Origin: a virus
IMG/VR virus record: IMGVR_UViG_3300031965_000001
Coordinates: 7,267 to 71,266 of that record
Direction: 5' to 3' (one strand)
Length of the DNA stretch: 64,000 nt
Part shown: piece after piece, positions 18,526 through 27,363 of the stretch
Layout of the letters: each line of letters begins with the position of its first letter
Position numbering within the stretch: the first letter of the stretch is position 1
The notes under the pieces: model-generated
Told to the model about the DNA's origin: nothing
Database searches by the model: none
What the model saw: the letters and a program-made list of their open reading frames with translations, nothing else
Program-made: the position numbers and the translations under genes

Positions 18526-19140
18526 ATGGGCAAAGTTAAAGATATTACTGGACAGAAATTTGGAAAACTTACTGTCATTAAAAGACATGGAAATGATAAT
18601 TTTGGGCAAGCAACATGGGGTTGCCTTTGTGAATGCGGAAAGAAAAAAGTAGTAACAGGATATGATCTCAGGGGTGGACGCTCAAAGAGCTGCGGATGCC
18701 TACAAAGATCTGGAACACATGGTAAATCCAAAACACGACTATACAGAACTTGGGTCTCGATGAAGACCAGGTGCCTTGACGAAAACCACAACAGCTATGC
18801 TTCCTACGGGGGTAGAGGAATTAAAGTTTGCGAATATTGGCTTAACCCAAAAAATTTTATGGATTGGGCATTAAAAAATGGTTACGATATGGCGCTGCAG
18901 CTAGATCGTATAGACAATAATGGAAATTATTGCCCTGAAAATTGCAGATATGTAACATCGAAGAAGAATAATCAAAATAGATCTAATAATGTTACATATA
19001 TGGGAGAATGTGCGTCAGAAGCTAGCAGAAGATTGGGCGGAAAAAGAAATCTTGTTTCTAGCAGAATTCAATATGGAATGTCAATTGAAAAAGCATTTAC
19101 AACTCCACTAATGAGGAAACAAGTATCCAAATGCTCATAA
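18526..19140 (+). CDS. Free-standing HNH homing endonuclease
   Basis: DITGQKFGKLTV, CLCECG, YGGRGIKVC, LDRIDNNGNYCPENCRYV. Confidence 0.88.
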   Translation: MGKVKDITGQKFGKLTVIKRHGNDNFGQATWGCLCECGKKKVVTGYDLRGGRSKSCGCLQRSGTHGKSKTRLYRTWVSMKTRCLDENHNSYASYGGRGIKVCEYWLNPKNFMDWALKNGYDMALQLDRIDNNGNYCPENCRYVTSKKNNQNRSNNVTYMGECASEASRRLGGKRNLVSSRIQYGMSIEKAFTTPLMRKQVSKCS

Positions 19141-20478
19141 AGATGAGCCATCCCTCCTATCAAGGACACCATTAAAAATAGGCTCCCAGGATTCTCGAAA
19201 AATTTTATCCCACGTATACTGCTGCGCCCATTCGTATCCCCTTTCAACCTGCTTAAATGTTTCTGTACCCTCTTTGGGATGTGGCAATCTATTCCCCCCT
19301 TCGTCGGTACAGTCTATAAACACCCTCTTCATCTGTCTCGCCAGAGACACCGGATCTGTTACAGGACGAGGCGGATCTGAAAATTGTGAGGATCTGTCCA
19401 TAAATCTCCAGTTCCAATAACCATTCGGACCATTCCCAGATACACAGAATTTTCCTCTCTCTGCATCGCCTTTATTGCCATATTCTTCGCCAAGGATTTC
19501 TATGCTGGCTGTATTTCTTGGCATGATCACTGGGGTTTTTGTGGCTAAGGATTCACTCAATTGAAATCCCCAGCCCTCGCCCCTGTTGCTACTTACAGAG
19601 CAATCCGCAGCATTATAAAACATATTTATCTCTTCAGTCGTGAATCCATTTGGCGGGATGGACGGGAAAATAATGTGGTCTGCAACATCCTTCATGTGCT
19701 CATCCCTAATATAAATAAGGTTCTCTCCTGGTCCAGAAATAGGGTGCATGTGGAGAAGTAATTTGGGCTTTGGGGTATTAAACTCCTGCTTCTTCCACCA
19801 TCCCATAAAAATCTGGAAAGCGAACATCGTTTGGGGTATATCCTTCCTGACCTGATTCTTATTGAGGTTCATAAATAATGCCTGATTTCCATAGAGATGA
19901 AGCTCCTCTTTTCTAAAAACTTCCACCCCCTCCTCTGGAAGCGGCTTAAAAATATCTACGTTTGTCCCATGATATGCGATGGTAACCCTCTCTAGTTCTC
20001 TTTCTGGGATATGTTTTTTTAGCTGTTCCATACCAAAATTTGTATAGACAACAGGTTGGTCAAAAGACATCGCAGTTTTACACCATGTCTCAGGAATGTC
20101 AGAAGCATCCACTGGGAAATAAAAAATGCTTTTGAAATTCGCTCCCATAGCCCTTTTTCTAGCGAGTGCTGTAGATATTTCTTGCATCTGGAAACTATCT
20201 TCAATTGAGAAAAACACATCAAAATCTGTATTCATTATATATTTACATAATGCTTTTTTATTTAACTGCTTATCTCTTTCGTCTCTATCTGGGCTTCCTT
20301 CTAGCCTAGAATCAATAATTGTAAAGCGTTCGTCAGATTCTCCTGTGTGATTTATCGCCCAGATAGTAATATCACATTTATATGTCTTGTGCACAAGACC
20401 GAGGATTTCATTAGCCACACGCCCGAAGCCTGATGGGGCTAGGGGGCTATCACAAAATACGAGGATCTTCTTTTTCAT
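19135..20478 (-). CDS. GT-B glycosyltransferase (GT4-like)
   Basis: DSPLAPSGFGRV, YHGTN, LNKNQVRKD, YNAADCSVSSNRGEGWGFQLSESLA. Confidence 0.85.
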   Translation of the reverse strand: MKKKILVFCDSPLAPSGFGRVANEILGLVHKTYKCDITIWAINHTGESDERFTIIDSRLEGSPDRDERDKQLNKKALCKYIMNTDFDVFFSIEDSFQMQEISTALARKRAMGANFKSIFYFPVDASDIPETWCKTAMSFDQPVVYTNFGMEQLKKHIPERELERVTIAYHGTNVDIFKPLPEEGVEVFRKEELHLYGNQALFMNLNKNQVRKDIPQTMFAFQIFMGWWKKQEFNTPKPKLLLHMHPISGPGENLIYIRDEHMKDVADHIIFPSIPPNGFTTEEINMFYNAADCSVSSNRGEGWGFQLSESLATKTPVIMPRNTASIEILGEEYGNKGDAERGKFCVSGNGPNGYWNWRFMDRSSQFSDPPRPVTDPVSLARQMKRVFIDCTDEGGNRLPHPKEGTETFKQVERGYEWAQQYTWDKIFRESWEPIFNGVLDRRDGSSL

Positions 20479-20527
20479 GGAGGAATCTTAATCTTATTTT
20501 ATTTTTAATACAATAGAAAATATTAAT

Positions 20528-20556
20528 TTGACACAGAAATATTATTTAATTAAAAT
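20528..20556 (+). promoter_or_regulatory. Promoter of the HNH gene
   Basis: TTGACA-17-TAAAAT, 5 nt before the conserved leader. Confidence 0.75.
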
Positions 20557-20561
20557 TAGAT

Positions 20562-20637
20562 AGATGCTGACAAGGGCATTTTATAGAAGATTACTTTCCG
20601 TGCACTGCTTGTCCATTGCACGGAGAATAGTCTTCTT
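20562..20637 (+). ncRNA. Structured 5' leader, copy 2
   Basis: Near-identical to 18451-18525. Confidence 0.65.
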
Positions 20638-21264
20638 ATGAGCAAGGTTATTTACATGAAAGGGGAGAAATTTGGAAGACTAACAGTGGTCAGAAGGGCA
20701 AAAAATGCTAACAATAGAAAGGCTATGTGGGAATGTACCTGTGAATGTGGTAAAAAAACAATAGTAATCGGTTACCAACTTAGATCAGGACGAACGAAAA
20801 GCTGTGGATGCCTTAGAATAGAAACAACTAGCAATAATATGAAGAGGCACGGGATGATAAATAGTAGTCTATATTGTGTCTGGGCTAGCATGAAGTCCAG
20901 ATGCCTTAACCCAAATACTAGGTGTTATCATAGATATGGAGGAAGGGGGATAAAAATTTGCAAAGAATGGATAGAATTTCTACCGTTCTATAATTGGGCT
21001 ACTGAAAATGGATTTGAAGACGGTCTTAAACTTGATCGAATAAATAACGACAGGGATTATGAACCGAAAAATTGCAGGTTTGTCACTCATGCAGAAAATA
21101 TGAGAAACATGAATTGTAATGTAAAATACAAAGGCGAATGCGCTTCAGAGGCATCAAGAAGGTTAGGGGGAAATCCAAGCCTTGTATCATGTAGAATTTT
21201 CCAAGGAATGTCTGTAGAGGAGGCATTCACCACTCCATTAAGAAAAAAGGGACAGGTCTCGTAA
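20638..21264 (+). CDS. Free-standing HNH homing endonuclease
   Basis: GEKFGRLTV, CTCECG, YGGRGIKIC, LDRINNDRDYEPKNCRFV. Confidence 0.88.
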   Translation: MSKVIYMKGEKFGRLTVVRRAKNANNRKAMWECTCECGKKTIVIGYQLRSGRTKSCGCLRIETTSNNMKRHGMINSSLYCVWASMKSRCLNPNTRCYHRYGGRGIKICKEWIEFLPFYNWATENGFEDGLKLDRINNDRDYEPKNCRFVTHAENMRNMNCNVKYKGECASEASRRLGGNPSLVSCRIFQGMSVEEAFTTPLRKKGQVS

Positions 21265-21282
21265 CCCATCCCTTATATTTTC

Positions 21283-21657
21283 CTACTGACCGATTTCCTT
21301 AGATTTTTCGTCTTTGACATCGGGAGCCGTAACGGTAACTTCTCCTTTGGGTTGGTTTACCGTCTGATTTGAAACAGAAGTTCTGGAAGCCAATAATCTC
21401 GCACTGTCCTGAGCGATTGGATACAAACCAGTCACGGTTCCACCAAGCACAATTCCTTGGTAGATGACATTTGACATAGCCGCTTCTCCGAGGGATGTGA
21501 CTCCGACTCCGATGAGAACGGCGACGATGGGCATAATGACATCTCTGTTGTCAGTAGAAAAAAACCTGTTGATTAATTTTCCAACGACAGCGGTAAGACC
21601 GACGATGACACCTGCCTGTAAAGCTAGACCTGTTAGTGAAATGCTATCTAAGTCCAT
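21283..21657 (-). CDS. Holin-like membrane protein
   Basis: Three TM segments, IMPIVAVLIG, GIVLGGTVTGLY, hydrophilic tail. Confidence 0.6.
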   Translation of the reverse strand: MDLDSISLTGLALQAGVIVGLTAVVGKLINRFFSTDNRDVIMPIVAVLIGVGVTSLGEAAMSNVIYQGIVLGGTVTGLYPIAQDSARLLASRTSVSNQTVNQPKGEVTVTAPDVKDEKSKEIGQ

Positions 21658-21708
21658 AGAATAAAATTGGGAAAAACAAACAAAATACTAGCACTTTTTA
21701 CAGGTGAA

Positions 21709-22137
21709 TCAATGCTTTTCACTTGCCTCATCCAAAAAGGATACAACAACACTTCTACTTCTTACCCCATCCATTTCTACAAGGAAAAGAGTCTCCCACT
21801 GCCCAAGTAGCATCTTTCCGTTAAGGACAGGGATCATTTCCGACGTATTAAATAATAAACTGCGAAGGTGAGAGTATCCATTAATTCTTTCGTCTGGCGG
21901 AACGTCCCTAATTCCCACGTAATCATGACGGAAGTGTCCTTTTTCTGGGAATGTATCTTCCAAGAATTTTAGGTAATCTGAATGAAGAAGAATTTCATTT
22001 TCAAGAATGCGAATGCTGGCAGTTGTATGCTGCGAAAACACATGGACAACACCATTGAACCCATCAGGTATTTTGTCCTGTACATCTCGCGTTATATTGG
22101 TGAACACCTTCTCTGTTGTAAAATTAAGTATAATCAT
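21709..22137 (-). CDS. yjbQ: YjbQ/UPF0047 family protein
   Basis: FTNIT, HVFSQHTTASIRILENE, NGYSHLRSLL, MLLGQWETLFLVEMDG.R.R. Confidence 0.85.
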   Translation of the reverse strand: MIILNFTTEKVFTNITRDVQDKIPDGFNGVVHVFSQHTTASIRILENEILLHSDYLKFLEDTFPEKGHFRHDYVGIRDVPPDERINGYSHLRSLLFNTSEMIPVLNGKMLLGQWETLFLVEMDGVRSRSVVVSFLDEASEKH

Positions 22138-22745
22138 CTTTCAATGAGGTAAGTTCTATCCACAGCTATCCCTATATGCGTTCCCCTCGGGTATTCACCC
22201 TTTACCATTTTCAAAACATGGTCAGCAATTCTCTCTGGGTCTAATAGCGTGTTTGGGTCTTCATCTGGAAACAAATCCTTCCTCATTTTTGTCGCTATCC
22301 TATGCGGAGAAATACAATAGGCATTTACCCCCTCCTCCACCAAAGATTCCGTCAAGGAGATCAGCCCAGCTTTACTCGCAGAATATCCACTCCATCCACC
22401 TCGCCCCTTTAATCCCGCTGCCGAGGCTATGTTAATAATAGTATGAGCACCATTCAAAAGGGCATATTTTGTACAATAGTATGCGCCGAGGAGATTCACA
22501 GAAATTTCTCTCTCCCAAAATTTTACAGAGTCGTTAGATGGATCATCAACACGGGCTGGATGTATGTATCCAGCGCAATTTACAAGAATTTTTGGTCTAT
22601 TCTCCTCCATAAATTCTTTTACCTCTTCTGATATTGTTATATCTAGGTCGTTGCTTCCTGGTGACATGCAATTTGGAAACCGAGAAGCTACAGCCTGAGC
22701 AGTTCCGCCAGTACCGCCAGTGACTAGAACTAAATCGTTTTGCAC
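22134..22745 (-). CDS. SDR oxidoreductase, putative ribitol-5-phosphate dehydrogenase
   Basis: TGGTGG, VNCAG, NIAS, YSASK; coupled to the IspD-like gene. Confidence 0.75.
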   Translation of the reverse strand: MQNDLVLVTGGTGGTAQAVASRFPNCMSPGSNDLDITISEEVKEFMEENRPKILVNCAGYIHPARVDDPSNDSVKFWEREISVNLLGAYYCTKYALLNGAHTIINIASAAGLKGRGGWSGYSASKAGLISLTESLVEEGVNAYCISPHRIATKMRKDLFPDEDPNTLLDPERIADHVLKMVKGEYPRGTHIGIAVDRTYLIER

Positions 22746-23314
22746 AGTGATTCGAGAATAGGCAAGTCTTCTTTATATGTCAATTTATATAGATTCCTAC
22801 CGCCCTCCAGAATTTTTGGTTTTACATCCCAGTATTCCTTAAATATCACAGTGTCATCTGTGGCATTTTCCATATTCGTGTGCTTGTGAGCCATCCTAAG
22901 ACTATTGAGATCAAACGCCTGTGGCACCTGTAGTGCAATCAGACCAGACCTTTTATAATCTCCATCATCATAAATAGTATCGACTGGCTCAATGCCGAAT
23001 GTCACTGATGGGTGTTCTAACACAGCCCCCTTTATACATTCTATTTGAAAAGGAGTTACGAGCGGTCTCACAGCATCAAAAATAACAACATAATCTCCAC
23101 TCACATTATTGATACCAATTTTACAAGATTCCTGCCTCGTCTTCCCCCCTGGTACATCCATTCCGACAATAACGATGTCGTCAAAATGATCTTCACAAGT
23201 ATCAGAAACCCACTTCCAAACTGGCTTACCGCTTAGGAATATATCTTGTTTTTTTTTGTCACCAGAGAACCTCTCTCCATTCCCGCCAGATAATATGATG
23301 GCGCTAAACCGCAT
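22730..23314 (-). CDS. IspD/TarI-family cytidylyltransferase
   Basis: ILSGGNGERF...K, GGKTRQES, FDAVRP, LQVPQAF, TDD, KLTYKEDL. Confidence 0.88.
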   Translation of the reverse strand: MRFSAIILSGGNGERFSGDKKKQDIFLSGKPVWKWVSDTCEDHFDDIVIVGMDVPGGKTRQESCKIGINNVSGDYVVIFDAVRPLVTPFQIECIKGAVLEHPSVTFGIEPVDTIYDDGDYKRSGLIALQVPQAFDLNSLRMAHKHTNMENATDDTVIFKEYWDVKPKILEGGRNLYKLTYKEDLPILESLCKTI

Positions 23315-24281
23315 TTTCTATGAAATGAACACAGTTATTTATAGCGTTACCGCAGTTAAAAAGCAACTGATCTTTCCAAAAATCTCTCCTATCCTTGAAA
23401 TAAGATTCCTTATTTTTTACTGCAATATCTATCTCTTTTTTAAGTTCAGATATATCATCTATATTCCTCCCAATGGTCATATCCTCCTGTTTTTTTGCGG
23501 TTAAATACGACCCCCTTTTTCTTGATTCCACATTAATCGTACTCCCATTAGGTGCAAGTATTTGTATAACTGGAAGGTCTGGTATTGCCAAAGCCTCAAA
23601 ACCAGAACTTGAAAAATCTGTTAAAACAACATCTGATATCGAAAGAAGATCATTGACATTCGGAGTTTCTATGTACCAAGGATAATTTTTATCGTATCCC
23701 CACCCCCTGAATTTTCGGTATGTGAGTTCGTGTGGTGCGATAATAAGATTAGGGATATTTAGAGAAACAATATCAGGAGTCCTAACCCATGCTGCTGAGT
23801 GGCTTGGAACCCAAGAAATTATTGGATACCCCTCTATGAAGGGACTCTTCATTTTTTTCTCAATTTCTTTTAGGATTTCTGATCTGTGATCCCTCATGGA
23901 AATCAACTCATCAGACTTCGGGTATCCAGTTACGACACATTTTTCTTTAACATCTTCAGCCCTGTTTACCCACCACTTCCCCGATACCAGAATCCAATCA
24001 AATTTACTATAAGAGTGGTTATTAAGAGGAAAAACAGACCTTAAAGGATTTATCCCATGCTCAATACAAATTTTCTTTCCACAATCACCCTTAAATTCAT
24101 TCACCAAAATAGAATAAGAAGTGATTGTACAGTCAGACCTTTCAAGGTGTATACCGTTTTTCAGGTCTTTCCTAGCCAAGTTTTTCAATATGATTTTGTG
24201 TCCTCTTTTTTCAAGTTCATCAAGGACTGACTTTGCAGAATATAGGTGCTGGTCGTGGCAATAAACATATTGGACGCGCAT
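23304..24281 (-). CDS. CDP-glycerol/ribitol phosphotransferase-like (TagB/TagF family), paralog 2
   Basis: IEHGIN, TGYPKSD, WVPSH, PHE, LLSISDVVLTDFSS; start placed at ATG 24281. Confidence 0.75.
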   Translation of the reverse strand: MRVQYVYCHDQHLYSAKSVLDELEKRGHKIILKNLARKDLKNGIHLERSDCTITSYSILVNEFKGDCGKKICIEHGINPLRSVFPLNNHSYSKFDWILVSGKWWVNRAEDVKEKCVVTGYPKSDELISMRDHRSEILKEIEKKMKSPFIEGYPIISWVPSHSAAWVRTPDIVSLNIPNLIIAPHELTYRKFRGWGYDKNYPWYIETPNVNDLLSISDVVLTDFSSSGFEALAIPDLPVIQILAPNGSTINVESRKRGSYLTAKKQEDMTIGRNIDDISELKKEIDIAVKNKESYFKDRRDFWKDQLLFNCGNAINNCVHFIENAV

Positions 24282-24282
24282 C

Positions 24283-25350
24283 CTAAAGAACAGAATTTTC
24301 CAAAAAATCGCAAACATCTTTTGTAGCATTCCCAGCATTATGGAAAATCTCATCCCTCCAAAATTCCCTCTCTTTCCGATGGTAGTCCGATTGCTCTATA
24401 AGTGCATCAGAAACCTCATTCTTTAAAATAGATAAATCACTCACATTCGCCCCCAATCTGAATTCCCTATCATCATTTTGTGAAAGAGGATAGTGACCGT
24501 TTTTTAGAACGTCAAACTCACTTCTGTTGTGGAATTTCATATCTTTCAATATCTGAATAATCGGTATGTTCAACAGTGTTGCCTCTACCCCCGCACTTGA
24601 ATAATCAGTAATGACTAGATCAGATGCCAAGAGAACGTCATATATTGTATCTGTCTCGATATAATATGGGTAATCCTCTTTGTAATTCATTTTCATTCTT
24701 CCGTCTCTAAATGCCGCATAACTTCCCTCATGTGGCGCAACTACAACATTATATTCATTGCCAATCCTATCTAAAATTTCGTCGGTCATATCGCATGCGC
24801 CTCCGTGGGTGGGAACCCACGAGATTATGGGACCAGACTTAAAATCCTGCTTAACAAAATCACGAAGCCTCTGCCTATATTTTCTCCTCACTTCCTGAGT
24901 GCCCTTCCCAACAAGAAAATCAGCCTTTGGCCATCCTGTCATCTTGCATTTTGGCAAAAGATCATAATTAAACAATGACCTCCTTACAGCATCCATTTGC
25001 CATTTTCCAGTAACAAAAACATGGTCGAATAATCTATGCCTATCTAGTGGAAATCCCCAAGCGATAGGGTTCACACCATGTTCAATACATACCGTTTTTT
25101 TACATCCATGATCGAACCGTATTCTGCCATTCTTCTTATCTCTCAATGTTTGCATTATCCTCGGATAAGAACAAATGAAAATATCACCGTTTGAAATATC
25201 TACATCTTCAAATCCTGGTTTCCTTTTCCGTATATCATCGTGGATTAGGCTGACTTCTGCTATATCATGCCCACGTTTGTCCATCTCTTCTAAAACAGGG
25301 TTCACTGCTGACCAATGTTGCCGACCACAATAAGCATGGATAATTTTCAC
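24283..25350 (-). CDS. CDP-glycerol/ribitol phosphotransferase-like (TagB/TagF family), paralog 1
   Basis: IEHGVN, TGWPKAD, WVPTH, PHE, LLASDLVITDYSS. Confidence 0.78.
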   Translation of the reverse strand: MKIIHAYCGRQHWSAVNPVLEEMDKRGHDIAEVSLIHDDIRKRKPGFEDVDISNGDIFICSYPRIMQTLRDKKNGRIRFDHGCKKTVCIEHGVNPIAWGFPLDRHRLFDHVFVTGKWQMDAVRRSLFNYDLLPKCKMTGWPKADFLVGKGTQEVRRKYRQRLRDFVKQDFKSGPIISWVPTHGGACDMTDEILDRIGNEYNVVVAPHEGSYAAFRDGRMKMNYKEDYPYYIETDTIYDVLLASDLVITDYSSAGVEATLLNIPIIQILKDMKFHNRSEFDVLKNGHYPLSQNDDREFRLGANVSDLSILKNEVSDALIEQSDYHRKEREFWRDEIFHNAGNATKDVCDFLENSVL

Positions 25351-25356
25351 TCAAGA

Positions 25357-25385
25357 ATTATAGATTTCTGATGAATTATTGTCAA
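25357..25385 (-). promoter_or_regulatory. Perfect-consensus sigma70 promoter of the phosphotransferase operon
   Basis: TTGACA-17-TATAAT-6 nt-GTG 25350. Confidence 0.85.
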
Positions 25386-27310
25386 ACCTCAATTTCTAAT
25401 GCTATGCCATTGCTACCCGAATTACCAGGGCTACCATCTACTCCAAGTGCCCCTCCGCCATCTGGGGCACCGGCAGACCCAGCAGCCCCCCCAGCAGCTC
25501 CTGTAAGAACATAAGAGCCTGTCCATCCAGAGTTGTCTGAATAAATGTTAATTCCTGAGCCTCCACTTCCCCCTGCACCACCACCACCACCACCGCCTGA
25601 GCCACCGGTATCTGCAGGGGCACCACTACCGTAAGTACCATTGCCACCATCCCCTCCTAGGCCCCCAGTAGAAACAATGTCCCAGTTTCCATCCATTACC
25701 TTAGCAGACACAAACCACCTTCCACCCTCTCCACCAGAACCACCACCACCACCGCCGCCGCCGCCATTAGAACCAACTGGGGGTGTACCAGCATTTCCAC
25801 CGCCGCCCCCACCTCCGCCACTTCCACTTCCACCGTTTCCTTTTATTTCAGATAATGTTTCCCCTTTACTGGTTATCATCCTCGGCAAATCTACAATATA
25901 TTTTTTAGATATTGATCCATCAGTAGCAGTCCCTGCTGGTCCCGCAGAACCACCAGGTGCCCCATTTCCAGCAGGACCAGCACTACCTGAGCCGCCAGCA
26001 CCACCTGAGCCGCCAGCAGATCCGCTTGTAGATCCAATTGAATTAGTCACTGACGTACCTGCTGTCCCAGCAGACCCAGGATTACCGTTAGCAACTGGCT
26101 CGCCTGATTTTCCGCTTCCTCCTGATCCACCAGTCTTTCCTGCTGTAGAATCTGGCAATGTCACCCCACTAGACGCTGCCCCAGCAGATCCGCCACTACC
26201 ACCAGGAGTACCACCAACAGGAGCTGCGTTCCCACCGTTACCTCCGTTGCCGCCACCAGGGGCGAAGATCCCACCACCGCCAGAAGAATCTGTTATTCTC
26301 CTTGCAAAAACCCTATACCCACCAGTGGTAAGATTAAAACCGGCAAGGTCTAATGTCTCATAATGTGCATCTGATGTTATGGAATCATTCCCAGTCAAAG
26401 TCTCATTACCATCTGATCCAGTACCCCATAAAAAAAGATTTTCTAAATCACCCTGCTCGGGTATTTGTGGTGTCTGCATTTGGAAATTTGTTCCATCAAA
26501 TTGAACATCAATAACCATATCTTCTTCTATATCGCCAGGTGATATGGTTCCGTCTTTATTTTTTCTTAAATCAACAGATGCGAATGCAACTCCCCTAGAA
26601 TCTGTTACGATTATACCAACTGCGCCTGTTACTGTTTGATTCGACTTAAATGAAAACCTAAGACCCTCTGTAATTTCAAGAATTGGGTATGGGAGCGTTA
26701 CATTAAAAGTATCGGATGACCCCGTTGCCGAACCTACATACCCCAATTCTCCAGAATAAACAGATTGGAGTGCCTGTATATTTATTTTTGATGGTTGCCT
26801 TGTGTCTACTATATCGCTATTTGTTATTGTCGAAAAAGAATCTGGCGTAATAATATCTGCCAATCTATAAAAACCATCTCCAGAATCTAATTCTGCTATT
26901 ATAGCTGCATCTGATAAAGCCGAAGTTCCTGTCCCCTCTATAAGCTCGATAGTTCCGTTATTATCAGCTTCCGCATCTGGGACTACCCCCGCCTGAACCC
27001 TAGCGATAACTGCATCGACACGATCATCCCCAGAGCTATTCGCAGGTACTGTCAATAACTCCTCTTCTGTGACATAGATTCTTTCTGAGTGTGGGTCTTC
27101 TAAGCCATCGTCAATACCAGAAATATACACCCGACCAACCTTAACCTTTACCTGATTATCTGGTGTATCATTTTCTACAACTTGGCAGTCGCTACCATCC
27201 CCCGAAAAATCTGCGACACCACTTTTAATAAGGTCTGTTTCTAAAAGAGAAACATCGACACTATTCCACAAGCGGCTGGGGGAGTTGCGATACGAAACAC
27301 GAACAGACAT
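25382..27310 (-). CDS. Tail fibre/receptor-binding protein with Gly-rich C-terminal domain
   Basis: Minor-tail-type N-terminus, about 280 aa of G-x-x/GGxG repeats, position after the hub; promoter TTGATT-17-TAGTGT-6-ATG. Confidence 0.75.
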   Translation of the reverse strand: MSVRVSYRNSPSRLWNSVDVSLLETDLIKSGVADFSGDGSDCQVVENDTPDNQVKVKVGRVYISGIDDGLEDPHSERIYVTEEELLTVPANSSGDDRVDAVIARVQAGVVPDAEADNNGTIELIEGTGTSALSDAAIIAELDSGDGFYRLADIITPDSFSTITNSDIVDTRQPSKINIQALQSVYSGELGYVGSATGSSDTFNVTLPYPILEITEGLRFSFKSNQTVTGAVGIIVTDSRGVAFASVDLRKNKDGTISPGDIEEDMVIDVQFDGTNFQMQTPQIPEQGDLENLFLWGTGSDGNETLTGNDSITSDAHYETLDLAGFNLTTGGYRVFARRITDSSGGGGIFAPGGGNGGNGGNAAPVGGTPGGSGGSAGAASSGVTLPDSTAGKTGGSGGSGKSGEPVANGNPGSAGTAGTSVTNSIGSTSGSAGGSGGAGGSGSAGPAGNGAPGGSAGPAGTATDGSISKKYIVDLPRMITSKGETLSEIKGNGGSGSGGGGGGGGNAGTPPVGSNGGGGGGGGGSGGEGGRWFVSAKVMDGNWDIVSTGGLGGDGGNGTYGSGAPADTGGSGGGGGGGAGGSGGSGINIYSDNSGWTGSYVLTGAAGGAAGSAGAPDGGGALGVDGSPGNSGSNGIALEIEV

Positions 27311-27363
27311 ATTAACACACTACGCAAAAAATCTTATACAATCAATTTTTTACTATTGTCAAA

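Noticed and set aside
25641-26363. 240-aa proline-rich plus-strand ORF
   Set aside because: Antisense shadow of the Gly (GGN) codons of the tail fibre.
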